Source: Octopus bimaculoides (taxonomy: Eukaryota). From it: a stretch of 64,000 bases of DNA. The DNA lies in the NCBI RefSeq assembly GCF_001194135.2, contig NC_068988.1, positions 88,720,328 to 88,784,327 of the forward strand, written 5' to 3'. Below are positions 13,225 through 27,180 of the stretch, piece by piece. The stretch's first letter is position 1. Every line of letters begins with the position of its first letter. The notes beneath the pieces were generated by a model. It made no database searches. It was given only the letters and a program-made list of their open reading frames with translations, and was not told where the DNA came from. The position numbers and the translations under genes were made by a program.

Positions 13225-13625
13225 CAAATATATACCAGACACTACAGATATACAGAAGGCAATTTCTGAAAGAGGCTACAATTATGTAGAACGTCCCTTT
13301 TGAGAATATCACATGCACTAATGAATGAGAACTGTATGGAATAACCCTGGCATTATCTGTAAAACTAGAAATGTATTCAACAGCATAAGGTGCATATAGG
13401 GTACATTGGTAATACATCTAGAAGCATTGCGGAGAGACTAAATGACCATTTGAAAGAATATCACGACTAAAAATAGTTTTCAATACTCTAACAACATGCC
13501 GAAGACCAACATGGAGGCACGCTGGACCGACTTGACATCCATATTTTATCCAGGCACCCGAAGGACACAACACCCACACAAATACAGGAAAGCATCCCAG
13601 TATTAAATAGGAGATATACATAGAA
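13225..13625 (+). mobile_element. Penelope-like element relic encoding a GIY-YIG endonuclease
   Basis: PGIICK/../KCIQQHKVHIGYIGNTSRSIAERLNDHLKEY..QHAEDQHGG..DIHILSRHPKD..QIQESI..LNRR. YIG at 13402-13410. Stops and frameshifts present. Confidence 0.7.
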
Positions 13626-13844
13626 AGTAGTGATACCCCAATACCCACATCTTATACATAAAGATGTAGATTTGTTAGTAGCCTGTTATGTAGACGTATA
13701 TATATATAGTCTTTTGATACAAAAAATATATGTATANNNNNNNNNNATATATATATATGTGTGTGTATGTATGTATATGTGTGTGTGTGGACGCGCGCGT
13801 ATGTGTATGTATGTATATATCTATATATCTACGTCTGCTGAATC

Positions 13845-13940
13845 AACTCAAGAACCGTTGGTTTGCCCGAAACTATACTAGAAAGCTTGTGCTCTGAGAT
13901 ACTGAACCTGAACCCAAGTGGTTCAGAACAAACGTTTGTT
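13845..13940 (-). mobile_element. SINE family C 5' fragment
   Basis: Resembles the reverse complement of the 47703-47830 head (actgaacc..aaccca.gtggtt; ttggtttgcccgaaactatactag). Confidence 0.5.
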
Positions 13941-14404
13941 ATATAACGTACATAGACATGTACATAATTTGAAATTTATTTTCTAAAAGTGAAACTTCAC
14001 AAACAGTTACATTCAGTTTCGCATTGACAAAATTAAGACGATTACACAATGGAAAACGTAGATTTTTTTCCTATCCTTCTCTACATTAAAACCGGTGAGA
14101 CCTGCAAATATATACCAGGCACTACAGATATACAGAAGAGCCATTTATTTTTCTCCCTATAAATTGTATAGTACGGTTAACATACGTTACGATGAGTGTA
14201 TCGCCTGTAATTTCACAGTCTGATAACTTTCAGCGTTAGGTATGTATGTCTCGAGCCAATATATCGTCTATAACTCCATCACAATTTATTTTATCCACAG
14301 AGATATTACATCGATAAAGTGTAATCGATTATTTAAAGGTTTTAACTTCACAGCGTAAATATGTCATTTTTAATTTTATGATTGGTGTTAAAAACGATTA
14401 TGGT

Positions 14405-14530
14405 GAGGATGACGACGACGACGACGATGACGATGACAACGACGACGACGATGACGGTCACGATGACGGTCACGATGACGGCGACGACGCCCAATGATGA
14501 CGGTGATTGTGATTATGATTATGTTGATGC
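14405..14530. repeat. (GAC/GAT)n trinucleotide repeat with a gatgacggtcac 12-mer subrepeat
   Basis: Read directly. Confidence 0.85.
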
Positions 14531-14810
14531 GTGTTTTTGCGTGTGTGTGTGTGCATGTGCGTATGTGTGTATGTGTGTGTGTGTATGTGTGTGTATGTGT
14601 GTGTTGATGTGATGTGGTTTGTGTGTGAGTGTTTGTGCACGTGTGTGCGCGTATGTCTGTGCGTCTGATTCTGATACATAATCCTTTTGTGAAAAATGTC
14701 AACGTCAACGTGATATCTGAAATCCTTTAATATCTACATAATAATTGCCGAAATAAACATGGGTTGTTTAGATGGCTGATTGAATTTTCCAGTCAAGCTT
14801 TACATCATGT

Positions 14811-14813
<3 letters not shown>

Positions 14814-14860
<47 letters not shown>
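14814..14860. repeat. (GA)n microsatellite
   Basis: Read directly. Confidence 0.95.
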
Positions 14861-14863
<3 letters not shown>

Positions 14864-15506
14864 GTGAAATAGAGAAAGATAAATGAGAGAGAGTGAGAGA
14901 GATGTCTGTAAAAGAAAAACATTAATGGCCTCCGATGAGCGCACATATGAAACTTTGTGGCAGACAAGTGTAAAAAGAAGCCGCTAAACATATTTACACA
15001 CATTGTGAGAGAAAAGTGAGGGAAGAGAAAGAGAGTAAATGACAGTATGGAGGAGATACACAAACGATAAACATTAGAACATTTTTATTTCAAAGCAATG
15101 AATAGTTTCTTTTCAAACTTCGTATGTATTTCAAGTTTATATAAACACCAAGAAATTTGATAAAGGTTAAATTATATCCGCAAGTATGCCGTATTTCTTT
15201 CAATTACCCATTGTGTCAAAGTGTATTTCTAAAGTTACCCGTTATATGTGGGATAACTTCCTCGGGGACAGCATATTACCGTTAAGGCGCGAAATTGCGT
15301 TTGAACATCTGGTCGATAACTGATGAGGAGTTGGTGACCTTCTGTGTCTGATTCCCAGTTGTTTGTGCAATTATTATGTTTTTCAATATTATTTAATTCA
15401 ACGCTACTTACGAAATAAAATTTTTGTTTACGAGTCAGTATTCCATAATTTGTACGATTTTTACGCCTTCTTTCTCTCCCTCGCTCTCCCCCTTTTACTC
15501 CCTCTT

Positions 15507-15537
<31 letters not shown>

Positions 15538-16174
15538 GCCTGTATATCTCTCTTTCTCTCTTCCTCTTTTCCTTTCCTTCTATGCTGTTGTCTATCATGT
15601 TATTCTGCCTTCCGTCTCTTCTCTGCTCTGTGCGTTTCTCTCTGCCCCCTGCCACCTTTCCTCCTACTACTACTGACATGCAACATGTGGTCAGTCTTAT
15701 TTTCTTCCTTTTGACGCGGGTTGACCGACCAAAGTGGTTTCATTTCCTCTCGACTCGCACCCTATTCACCTTTCACTGTCTCTCTGTTAACCCTATAGAA
15801 TATTCTCCCCGGCGGTACATTTCTTCATCTCCAGTCCGGCCCTAAGGCATTATTTTATTTGTTTATATATTTCAGTTCCGTCATATTCTCACAATCGTCC
15901 TGTTTGTTTTTGTCTATGTCACTCGTCCGTCTACAAATTGTCTCCTCTTGCATTATATTTATTCCACATCTGTATGTCAACATTCTATGCTTAATTGTTT
16001 ACTTCTTGTCTGGCTGTTGATATTTTGTCTTCCTTTTTGGCTTGCCAGTCAACGCCACCAGGTGGGGATGTAATATTCTAGCTAAAGTGAAAAATTGCGT
16101 TCGACTCTCTCACATGAGGAGTCGGTGACCTGTGTCTGTTTCCTGTTTGATTGTACATTTATTATGTTTCAAAC

Positions 16175-16290
<116 letters not shown>

Positions 16291-17344
16291 TGTATGTATG
16301 TGTGGCAATTGCAGGTAGGATATAACGACATAATTGAGAATGTAATTTCTTCATCATAAAGTGCTTAATTTATTTATATACTCTCACTTCTGAATGTCAA
16401 AATTAAATTTAAAATAATTAGTAAGTATATGATGGTGAGCTGTAAAATTTTTAATTCTTAATTTAATTTAGCTGTTTCTGAGAAGGAATAAGTGAATAAT
16501 GAATTGAAAAAGAAATTCAAGATGTCCTACTAAGATTTCTGATCGTAAAGAATTACTTTTCAATATATCAATTAAGTCTGTTAAATTATTATGAGCACAC
16601 AAATCAGTGAGACACAATATGACAGTATAGATATTTATTAAGATGTTTCGCCAGATAATTCAATGTGGGTAATATATACTCATTGTTGAATTTCATATTC
16701 GGACAAAATCTTCAGCCTTTGGACGATGTGTATGTGGCAAGTGGACTCGGAAAACACTGGTGTTTCGGTAGGATTACTACGTCTTTTCAGTCAGAGACAT
16801 CGACTGAAGCTATGAACCTTAACAGGAACGACTGTAGTTATTTACAGAATTCAGCAAACAAAATAATTCTTGGTGTATTCGTTTGTCCGCAAAAGAGATA
16901 AAACTCTATTATAGCAAATTTGCTTACTACAAAGTAATACTAATATTTTTAAAAAGATTGCTATTTCACAAGTACTTTGTATGTATGTGTGTATGTATGT
17001 ACATGTGAATACATATGTAGTATATATGTAGATACACACACACACACACACACACACATACACACACACACATACATACACACACGCACACATACATATA
17101 TATATGGATATGTAAATGCACATACATATATATATATTCATATACATATATTTTATCATAGTTGGCCGCCAAAACTTTTTTCTGCAAAATGGGGGTAGCT
17201 TATCCTGTTCAGGCTATATTATTAGCATTATCCTGCGTTTGAGAATTTAAAATCGCTTCTTTAACTTTCTCAGACATCTCAACGCTTCTAAAAGCAGACT
17301 TCGTTTGTTTGTTTACCTTCAATGTAATTTGAATTTAACATATG

Positions 17345-17379
<35 letters not shown>

Positions 17380-17953
17380 NNNNNNNNNNNNNNNNNNNNN
17401 NNNNNNNNNNNNNNNNNNNNNNNNNNNNNNNNNNNNNNNNNNNNNNNNNNNNNNNNNNNNNNNNNNNNNNNNNNNNNNNNNNNNNNNNNNNNNNNNNNNN
17501 NNNNNNNNNNNNNNNNNNNNNNNNNNNNNNNNNNNNNNNNNNNNNNNNNNNNNNNNNNNNNNNNNNNNNNNNNNNNNNNNNNNNNNNNNNNNNNNNNNNN
17601 NNNNNNNNNNNNNNNNNNNNNNNNNNNNNNNNNNNNNNNNNNNNNNNNNNNNNNNNNNNNNNNNNNNNNNNNNNNNNNNNNNNNNNNNNNNNNNNNNNNN
17701 NNNNNNNNNNNNNNNNNNNNNNNNNNNNNNNNNNNNNNNNNNNNNNNNNNNNNNNNNNNNNNNNNNNNNNNNNNNNNNNNNNNNNNNNNNNNNNNNNNNN
17801 NNNNNNNNNNNNNNNNNNNNNNNNNNNNNNNNNNNNNNNNNNNNNNNNNNNNNNNNNNNNNNNNNNNNNNNNNNNNNNNNNNNNNNNNNNNNNNNNNNNN
17901 NNNNNNNNNNNNNNNNNNNNNNNNNNNNNNNNNNNNNNNNNNNNNNNNNNNNN

Positions 17954-17964
17954 TCTGTCTATCG

Positions 17965-18033
<69 letters not shown>
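17954..18033. repeat. (TCTA)n tetranucleotide repeat
   Basis: Read directly. Confidence 0.95.
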
Positions 18034-18664
18034 CCTGTCTGTATGTATGCCTGCTTATTTGTCTGTCTATATATCCATCTGGGTATCTATCTGTAGGCAT
18101 GTATATATGCATACGTATATGTATATCCATACATACGCACAAACACATATACACACTCAGGCATGTAAATACACATAGAAAAACATACACATACAACAAT
18201 ACATATACACACAAATACGCGCCCGTGCACACACACACACACACACACGCACACACACCTGTATCTATGTAGGGTGTGTACGTGTGTGCTTCTACCTCTA
18301 CATATCTACAGATACAGACGCACAAACGCGATCTGGCTGTTAAAATATGTTTAAATATGGGAACAGAGTACCCGTATACACATCTGTAATTGTCTCTGTG
18401 ACTTTGCTTATGTGTTGAGTGAATGTGTAAAATAACAGCATGTATCAGAATTTTTGTGACTATGCCCTAGTTTTAAACTATTTCATTAAAGACATTTCAT
18501 ATTTTTTAATTAGTATTTTTATAACTTCTGTCGGCCATTAATTTTCCAAGGTCGATCGACGTTTCAAGAACATTATGGCCATATCCTCTGTATGAATCGT
18601 GTGTAGCGGTGACATTTATGGCTTGTTTTTTGTTTCTTTATCAGAAAATGTGTGTTCGTGTCTA

Positions 18665-18756
<92 letters not shown>

Positions 18757-19382
18757 TATACAAAAAATATATGTTCTTCTGAGTGAAGGTATATGTGTCA
18801 ACATAGACACTCAGAGGTAATAAAGTATTTATAGCTCCGTCTAAAGCAATTTCAGGTTTATAACCCCCATATACAGGGAGCAAACACGGGTCTAAGCAAC
18901 AAAACTATAACCATTCAGAACAACTGGATTCTCATTCATTTTTGTTGCTATCAGAGGGAAAGAGAAATATAAAGAGATAGCGCGCGAGAAGGAGAACTGC
19001 AGAGACTTAGAATGATATACAGAAATAGAGACACAGTGCGTGAGAAGGAGCTAAAAAGAGGGAGAATCTATATTTACTATTTAATTTACTGTAGGTTATC
19101 TTTTCTGTAGACACGCCAAATTAGTGTTTTTTTCTTTCTTTTAGTGAGACTTATATTTTACAAGAAATGCCGCAATAAGTATGAGACAATCACTGAGAGG
19201 TCATGGAACGTTATATAGAAAAAAGTCATCACCTGAACATATTTTCTACTGAATATCTTAACTAAGGAGTATTTTGATGTAGAGTCAGCAATTAGTGTGT
19301 GAGACCCCTCCGGTAAGACACCATGCAATATATAAAAGAATTCTTTTTTCATACAATGATTTCAGCCTCGGTTCGTGTTGGA

Positions 19383-19415
19383 GCTGCTGCTGCGGCTGCT
19401 GCTGCTGCTGCTACT

Positions 19416-19462
<47 letters not shown>

Positions 19463-19476
19463 GCTGCTGCTGCTAC

Positions 19477-19510
<34 letters not shown>
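19383..19510. repeat. Compound (GCT)n(ACT)n(GCT)n(TA)n repeat
   Basis: Read directly. Confidence 0.9.
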
Positions 19511-20264
19511 NNNNNNNNNNNNNNNNNNNNNNNNNNNNNNNNNNNNNNNNNNNNNNNNNNNNNNNNNNNNNNNNNNNNNNNNNNNNNNNNNNNNNNNNNN
19601 NNNNNNNNNNNNNNNNNNNNNNNNNNNNNNNNNNNNNNNNNNNNNNNNNNNNNNNNNNNNNNNNNNNNNNNNNNNNNNNNNNNNNNNNNNNNNNNNNNNN
19701 NNNNNNNNNNNNNNNNNNNNNNNNNNNNNNNNNNNNNNNNNNNNNNNNNNNNNNNNNNNNNNNNNNNNNNNNNNNNNNNNNNNNNNNNNNNNNNNNNNNN
19801 NNNNNNNNNNNNNNNNNNNNNNNNNNNNNNNNNNNNNNNNNNNNNNNNNNNNNNNNNNNNNNNNNNNNNNNNNNNNNNNNNNNNNNNNNNNNNNNNNNNN
19901 NNNNNNNNNNNNNNNNNNNNNNNNNNNNNNNNNNNNNNNNNNNNNNNNNNNNNNNNNNNNNNNNNNNNNNNNNNNNNNNNNNNNNNNNNNNNNNNNNNNT
20001 TTGTCAAATGATACAAACATTTTAAAAACAATGAGAATTCTTATAACGGTTGTAAACCTGGCTGTTGTCGCTTTTATCCTAGAAATATTGCACGTTTTGA
20101 ATGAATTATATAGTTCTCCCTGGTAGGGCTTCCGAAAATTTCTAGGCGATTTTGAAGGATGAAAATAAATCGAAAAAATTTGCTATGCAATAAAATTTTA
20201 TTCATCAAACTAACCTCCATTGTTTTTTTTTGTTTTTTTTTTTCATTATTGATTTGAGTTCATC

Positions 20265-21493
20265 TGCGAACGTAGGCTGAAAAAGCTGACTATGGAGAAG
20301 TGATGGAATAGTAGTGAAATCTTGCATGCATTAATTTCAACTAATCTTATTTACAACCAGAAGGTAAACTTACATCTGACTGTTCAAAGAAGATTTCATT
20401 TGTAACAAGTAGCAAATTCTCTTGAAAATAGACAAATTTTAGTATCGTTATCAAGAACTTACAGGAAAACGGTTTAGCCCCCAAAGACATTCATGCTAAC
20501 ATGTTCGCTTCTTTAGAGTATGACGCTCCGGTTTTATCAAAAGTGCAGCTGAATTTAGGAGGGGAAGTGAGCGTTTGACCATGAGCCAAAATCTGGATGT
20601 CCTGCAAGTGCCGTCACCGAAGAAAACCTTAATCGTGTTCATCACATACTGATGGATGTCAGGCGATTGCCAGTAAATCAAATAAACAATGCCATAAGCA
20701 TATCTCGTGGGAGAATTGAGAATATGTTGCAAAGTGGATAAACATGACCAACGTTTCAGTAGACGCCATGTCTTCCGCCACCTGATCAAAAGCTCACCGT
20801 GCTGATCACACCAAAGGAAAATCTGACATTGTTTGAGGAATATTATGTTGCATTCCTCGGCGATTTCTTAAACCACGATGAGTGCTGGAGTCATCACTTT
20901 GAGCTAACACTCACAAAGTGACAATCCAAGCAATGGAATCACTCCCCCTCACCTGTTCCAAATAAGGCAAATGTTGTTTCTTCTAGGAAGGTGATAGCCT
21001 CAGTCTTTTGGAACGCAAACAGCATTGTTGTTATTGATTTATGTTCGATGGAGAGAACTATGCCAACTTACATTGGCAGTTACGAAAGGCTATCGAGACC
21101 CAGTGCTGAAGATAACAGTAGGAAGTAGTCTTGTTTCATTTTGACATTGCTCTAGCACAAATGTTCTTGGCCACAATGGCTGATGTTTGAGACTGTGTTT
21201 TGGAATTGGTTGATCATCCTTCTTATTCACCTGATTTGGCCCTCTCTGGCTATCGTCTGTTCCTCAACATGAAAGTACACTAGCTTGAGAACCAGTATCT
21301 TAGTGATGATGACTTCATATCTGCTGTTAAAGAATGTTTTTGATCAACAGGATAATAACGTGTTGGGATCCAAGCACTGCCACACCGACGGAAGAAGTGC
21401 GTGGACCGCAATGGGGACTCTGCTTAAATATAAACGTTATCTTGTCACATTCCATGAGAATGTCTTGATAATCCTATGAATTTTTCGTCATGC
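20265..21493 (+). mobile_element. Near full-length decayed mariner, family M1
   Basis: Both ends carry ctgaaaaag..tgac TIR remnants. The body matches the reverse complement of 667-1800 (ccgccacctgatcaaaag; tgatcatccttcttattcacctgatttggcc = DHPSYSPDLA). Confidence 0.9.
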
Positions 21494-21790
21494 AAATAGA
21501 AATGGCTGCCTTGGGAGAAAAGATGTTATCTAGATGGATTTTGCCTGCAGCCAAACCATTACATGATATTTCCGTTGTTGGAATTTTACAACTGCCAAAA
21601 CAAATGAGCATCAGATGGTAAAAGATCGGGATAATATGGTGGATACAGCAAAACAACGCACCAATGCTCATTTAACTTTGTGCCGGAAGACAAATACGTA
21701 TGAGGTTTGGTGTTGTCGTGTTGGGAACAAAACCAGTTTCCTGTAGCTGGTGGCAGGTCACGTCAAACTTTATGGTCTGATTTGGTAGGT
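21487..21790 (-). mobile_element. Mariner fragment of another subfamily, fused tail-to-tail with M1
   Basis: Minus frame QHDNTKPHTYLSSGTKLNEHWCVVLLYPPYYPDLLPSDAHLFWQL*NS (HDNARPH and HPPYSPDLAPSDYHLF motifs). Confidence 0.8.
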
Positions 21791-23207
21791 ATAGCTCATA
21801 ATAAATAATTTCTTTGAAATCTCACCTGACAGAAATTAGGTTTGGTAGCTGTTTTTGAGGATTTTAAAATTTATTTTGGAGGATTAAGTGATCACTAAGT
21901 GTTTATAAACAGGACTTTCTGAAACTTCCAGCATCTATGCCAGCTCCCTAGCCGTGATATTTAGTTTGCTGTAATGTCCACATTCAAAACTTCGTCGCCC
22001 TACTCTGCGGGTCTTCCACAGCTATTGACATCATCTGAGCAGAGATCTCTATGCTTGAATTTTGCAAACAATCTGCGAAAAGATGGTACTCATACAACAG
22101 CTTCACCATACGTTTTACAAATAGTTTTACACATTTCCACAGGGTTTTCACCCTTTTTTAGAAGAACAGTCATATAAAATATAACAGCCTTATAAAGCCA
22201 CATATCCATGTTTGACCTTCATCGGCGAGGACAAATGTGAATGACAAACGGAACAAACTTTCAGGTGTATGATAATCGACAAAAAGGAACTTTAAGAGCA
22301 ACATATTTTGAATAAAAATCACAAAAAGTATAAATTTCACATAATTACTTACAGCAACTATTTCATTAGAATAAATACCATTAATTCCACAAATACGTAA
22401 TTAACGAACATAATCAATTAAATATACATTTAATTTAATCATTTTACAAGCCTTGTTTACCTAAATTGTCGGGAATGTTTTGTGCTATGTTCCTCAGAAA
22501 ATCGTTACTGTCTTAAATGCTACGCCTCAGAAAATGACGGTTGTCTTAGTCAGGACTCTTTTTATATTAGTTCCGCTCGTTCGGATGAACTTTGAGTTAA
22601 TGGACAACTACAAAAATCTACACAATTCAGTCTTTCCACTGCCATTAGTGGTGCTAAAGCTAACTGCTATATAACCCTCAACGCATATCCAGCCGTCTAA
22701 TAAAATAATATCTTATAAAATCTACTTGCCATAAAGAAGAGATGGTCACGATTGGAACGCGAATCACATTACTCTAAAGAACAAAAACAACTAAACAACA
22801 GAAGCCAACTTTAGAAAGTGAGGAAATGGAACAGGTCATATAAAATATAGAGCAAGATGGCAGCCAATATAACCTTCACCTTGGTGACGTCATCATTAGT
22901 ATTGTTGTCCTCCATTCACTTAATCAGAGTCAGTGTGTTTGTTTCCCTGCATGCGTGTTTGTGTGTGCACCTATGTGTTCATTTCGTTCGTTTGCTATAT
23001 GTGGGAGAGTGTAAGTGTGTATTTACGCGATTGTTTATATTTATCTAAGTCTCCGCAAGAGTGCCTTAAGGTAGATAGGTACATCACTGGCGTGTAGCGC
23101 GTGCCTTCTCATGTATGAGCGTATATAAGTTAGGCTGTGCTCGTGTTTGTTTATATGTAAATCTGTGCGTATGTGTGTGTGTGTGCATACGCACTCAAAT
23201 GTATGTC

Positions 23208-23268
23208 TGTGGTGTGTGTGGTGCGTGGTGCGTGGTGTGTGGTGCGTGGTGCGTGGTGTGTGGTGTGT
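23208..23268. repeat. (GTGGTGY)n 7-mer array
   Basis: About 8 units in a C,C,T pattern. Confidence 0.8.
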
Positions 23269-23601
23269 GCATGAAACTACATAGAATTGTATTTTCTATG
23301 TGCGTGCATTTCATTACTAATAAAAATTCCATTACCATACGCACGCACGCGCATACATTCATACTCACATAAATACATTAGTATATGAATTGTCGGTAAC
23401 TGAATATATATTGGTGTGTACATAATTGAGTGTTCAATTATGTATGTATGCATGTATGTATGTAGGCGTGTATGTATGCATGTATATATATATACATATG
23501 CATATATATATATATATANNNNNNNNNNNNNNNNNNNNNNNNNNNNNNNNNNNNNNNNNNNNNNNNNNNNNNNNNNNNNNNNNNNNNNNNNNNNNATATA
23601 C

Positions 23602-23632
<31 letters not shown>

Positions 23633-24699
23633 CATACATACATACATACATACATACATACATACACGCAGCTGTTTATGCGTAGATCGAGATTTACGAA
23701 TGACAGCAAATATGCGAGTGTGTGAGTGTGAGTGTGTATGTGTGTGTGTATGTTCGTGAGTGCGTGTGTGTGTGTGTATGAGTGTGTGTGCTTTGTATAC
23801 TTGCTTATGAGTTGAATGTTATATCCGTTTATAAGTCGGTTTACAATATGCGTGTAGGTATAATTGCATAGGTATTTGCTCATAAACGTGTGTAGATATA
23901 CATAAGTATATTTGCAAGGGTATGCAAAGTCTGTGCGTATGTGTGTATATGTGAGTATATATGCGTATGTGTGTTTGTGTGTACAAATCTATGTATGCGT
24001 AACAAGATATAGATGTGCGGCTTCTGGAAGTTATGTTACTAATTCACTACAAAGCAAGTAACCTTAATTTTCTATCTAATGATATATTTAAGATCAACAT
24101 GTTATATTTTTCCTGCGGCATGGTACAACTCACAAGGCATTCTCTCCCCTATTTTAAAGTTTATCTGGACTTACCTTTCTCTCAGCAGAGACACGGCGGG
24201 GATTTCTGCCAGCCAGTAATAGAAGCCAGATCGATGAACTATTAAATGTCTTGCACAAATTTATAACATAAAACTTTATACGTTGTCTCTATCTATCTAT
24301 CCATCTATCTATCTGTCTGTCTATCTATCTCGCTAGGTAGCTACTTAGGCAGCTCCCTAATATCTCTCGCTCTTTCTCTGAATATGTGTGTGTGGGTGTG
24401 TGTGTGTATGTATATGTTGTATACATATGTGTGTGTGGTGTGTATACATACATACATACATACATACATAAATATATATATATATATATATANNNNNNNN
24501 NNNNNNNNNNNNNNNNNNNNNNNNNNNNNNNNNNNNNNNNNNNNNNNNNNNNNNNNNNNNNNNNNNNNNNNNNNNNNNNNNNNNNNNNNNNNNNNNNNNN
24601 NNNNNNNNNNNNNNNNNNNNNNNNNNNNNNNNNNNNNNNNNNNNNNNNNNNNNNNNNNNNNNNNNNNNNNNNNNNNNNNNNNNNNNNNNNNNNNNNNNN

Positions 24700-24774
<75 letters not shown>

Positions 24775-25457
24775 GAACGGGTAAAATCAGTAATAATTTT
24801 ACCAGGTGGTCAGTGCGGAAATAAAAACCTCATAGGTAAATTTTACAAAGTATTTTATAATTATATGCATAATTATACATAAGCTGTGTTTTGGAACCTC
24901 AGAGGGCGATAGTCTTCCAAACGTAAGTTAGGATAGCTGGATTGATACGTATCCAGTTCTACACATCCTTCTCGGAGTTACATTGCACCTAGTGAAATCT
25001 TTTTAAAGCAAAGGAATATATTTCATAGTTTTGGAAAGGAGTTCGAAATAAGGATGATGGAACCAGATGAATTGTTATTTTCGCCGGTTTTGCAATTATC
25101 TTGGTTTTTCTGGATTTCCATACACAAAGCAAGGTAACCATACGGCTTCTTTAAATTGTTAATGCACTAGTTTTTTCTTTGTATTTCAAGTCTGGTTTGA
25201 AAAGTACCCTGTTAAATACAATACTAGATTTCTACTCCTGATTTTGTTATTGTAATACGTGGAGTATGACTGCAAGGTAACTCTATACATGCCCAATGAT
25301 ATCACAGAATTCCTACAACTCTGTCACAAATGTTCAGGTTAGCGAAAACGCCAGGGACACTCACGTCATCTTGTTCTTACCTCATTGTAAATGTTTTGCT
25401 CAGCCTACCATGTCAATTGTTCGTCTGTGACTCATGTTGGAATATTTCCGATATTCA

Positions 25458-25659
25458 TTTCTACTCTAAGCACAAGGCCCAAAATGTTTACGGAGGGGGC
25501 CAGACGATTAGAACGATCTCAGTACGCAACTGGTACTTAATTTATGGACCCCGAAAGGATGAAAGGCAAGGTCGACCTCGCCCAAATTGGAACTCAGAAC
25601 GTAAAGTCAGACGAAATACCGCTAAGGATTTCGCTCCGCTTCGTAACGTTTCTGCCAGC
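25458..25659 (-). mobile_element. SINE family A, tail type 2
   Basis: aactggtacttaatttatggaccccgaaaggatgaaaggcaaggtcgacc...gaactcagaacgtaa...tttctgccagc. Confidence 0.9.
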
Positions 25660-26211
25660 ATTATTTCAGATATTAGGAATGTGTTTCGGGAGTATATCCT
25701 GTCATGGTAAGCAAAGATATGTCAATGTAGTTGTTACAGATCGCCCAGCCCCCTTGAAAATTGCAATAATGATGCACATTTCCTGATTAAAATTTAATGT
25801 TTGAGCCCCCCCAAATTTCGAGGATAAGTGTGAAAATCCTAAACGCACATCATGAATAAGATCCAGCGGGATGTTGTTAGGTCAGTGTGCTTCATTTGTT
25901 GTAATGTATAATAGTAAAGTGAAAGAAATACATGTTATGCTGGAGGCGGGGCCTCGGTTCCAGAGTAGCGGAGACTATTGAAAACAATTTGTTTTCAGCG
26001 TGGGTAAAAATGTTAGCATTACCAGTTATTTTTAATGTTCCTCATCGTTTCCACACCCCTCTGATTTCTATCAAGATGCTGCGTAGAATTCGAAAATCTG
26101 TACATTATAGAAATATTTATTGTTCATTGTGTGCCTCCAATTCTCTTTGATCATTCTGATTTAAATTTGCCATTTTTTCTTGATCTCTTGAAAGCAGATT
26201 TTCTTGAAACA

Positions 26212-26320
26212 GAATGTCAATCATGTTTAAGAGAAAGAAGTATTACTTCTCTATATTGGTAAGACAGAAGACGTCTTGGTTAGTCCAACCAAACCACTTA
26301 TTAAACGTCATTTTAACAAA
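26212..26320 (+). mobile_element. Possible second Penelope GIY-YIG remnant
   Basis: ECQSCLRERSITSL followed by a frameshift into YIGKTED; parallels the CxxC...YIGxT of the 13.4-kb relic. Short and decayed. Confidence 0.3.
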
Positions 26321-26399
26321 ACCGATAATTTCTTTAGCTTATTTTGTGATGACGTTTCGGAGTGTTGACTATTTTTGACTACGTTCGTGTTGACAGGAA

Positions 26400-27180
26400 A
26401 GTTAGTAACATTTTCTTCCATAATTTATTGGAATTTTTCACAAAAAACTTTTCATGCCGTTGCAAGATGAATATCCTTCTGAGCGGATTTAATAAGTACA
26501 CATAGGGTTTTCGACGATTCCATAGATAAGATCTGAGTTCGAGTGATGAAATTTGGGTAGGTCTAGCGATCATCGGTGTTATTTGCTATCTTGTTGAGGA
26601 GAATGTTTTAGATTGTATGAAAAAAGCGCTAATGCTTCGCCCGTAGATGCATCCACTCGGTTTTGAATTAATTTACAAAACAGGGCTAGGTGTTGGTGAT
26701 AAACAATATCGACTCCATTTGCATTAATTTCCACTTCCTTGATTTCCCATTTCTTTCTTCCGTTACCATTTGTCCTTCTCTATTCTGCCATCGAGAGCAA
26801 CGTGCAGAACGAGGTTGACGTTTGCTGATACATTGACGATAGTATAATTGTCCTTAATGTCAATAGTAGAGTCAATAGTAGGGACACAAGTAAAAGTTAG
26901 GAACCTGTCTCATTAGAATAGTGTAGAAAGTGTCAATGGTTCTCATTAAAGTTGCAGGCCGAACTTCGTGATTCTTCATTAGTTTTGTTTTTACAACAAA
27001 AGCCCACTCCATGAACGTAGTGTTTATCTTCTTTCTCCTTTACATTGATAATGTAACCAGCGCCGAATTCTCCGCATTTCATTCTTCTAATTTCATTTAA
27101 ATTTCCATCAAGAAAACGTCTGACGTTCCATGTTCCAATGATAATGACTATAGTATGAGTGACATACATCACCATGTTTC
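26400..27180 (-). mobile_element. RTE-like LINE relic: APE endonuclease N-terminus plus RT scraps
   Basis: ORF 26933-27175: IIIGTWNVRRFL...EIRRMKCGEF...HYVHGVGF (GTWNV and GVG motifs of APE). The downstream RT similarity is weak. Confidence 0.65.

Noticed and set aside
19283-19312. Micro-exon candidate SQQLVCETPP with a GTAAGA donor
   Set aside because: Too short and weak acceptor; indistinguishable from chance.
26340-26385. GAAACGTC hammerhead-like 3' half on the minus strand
   Set aside because: No CUGANGA or stem II upstream.
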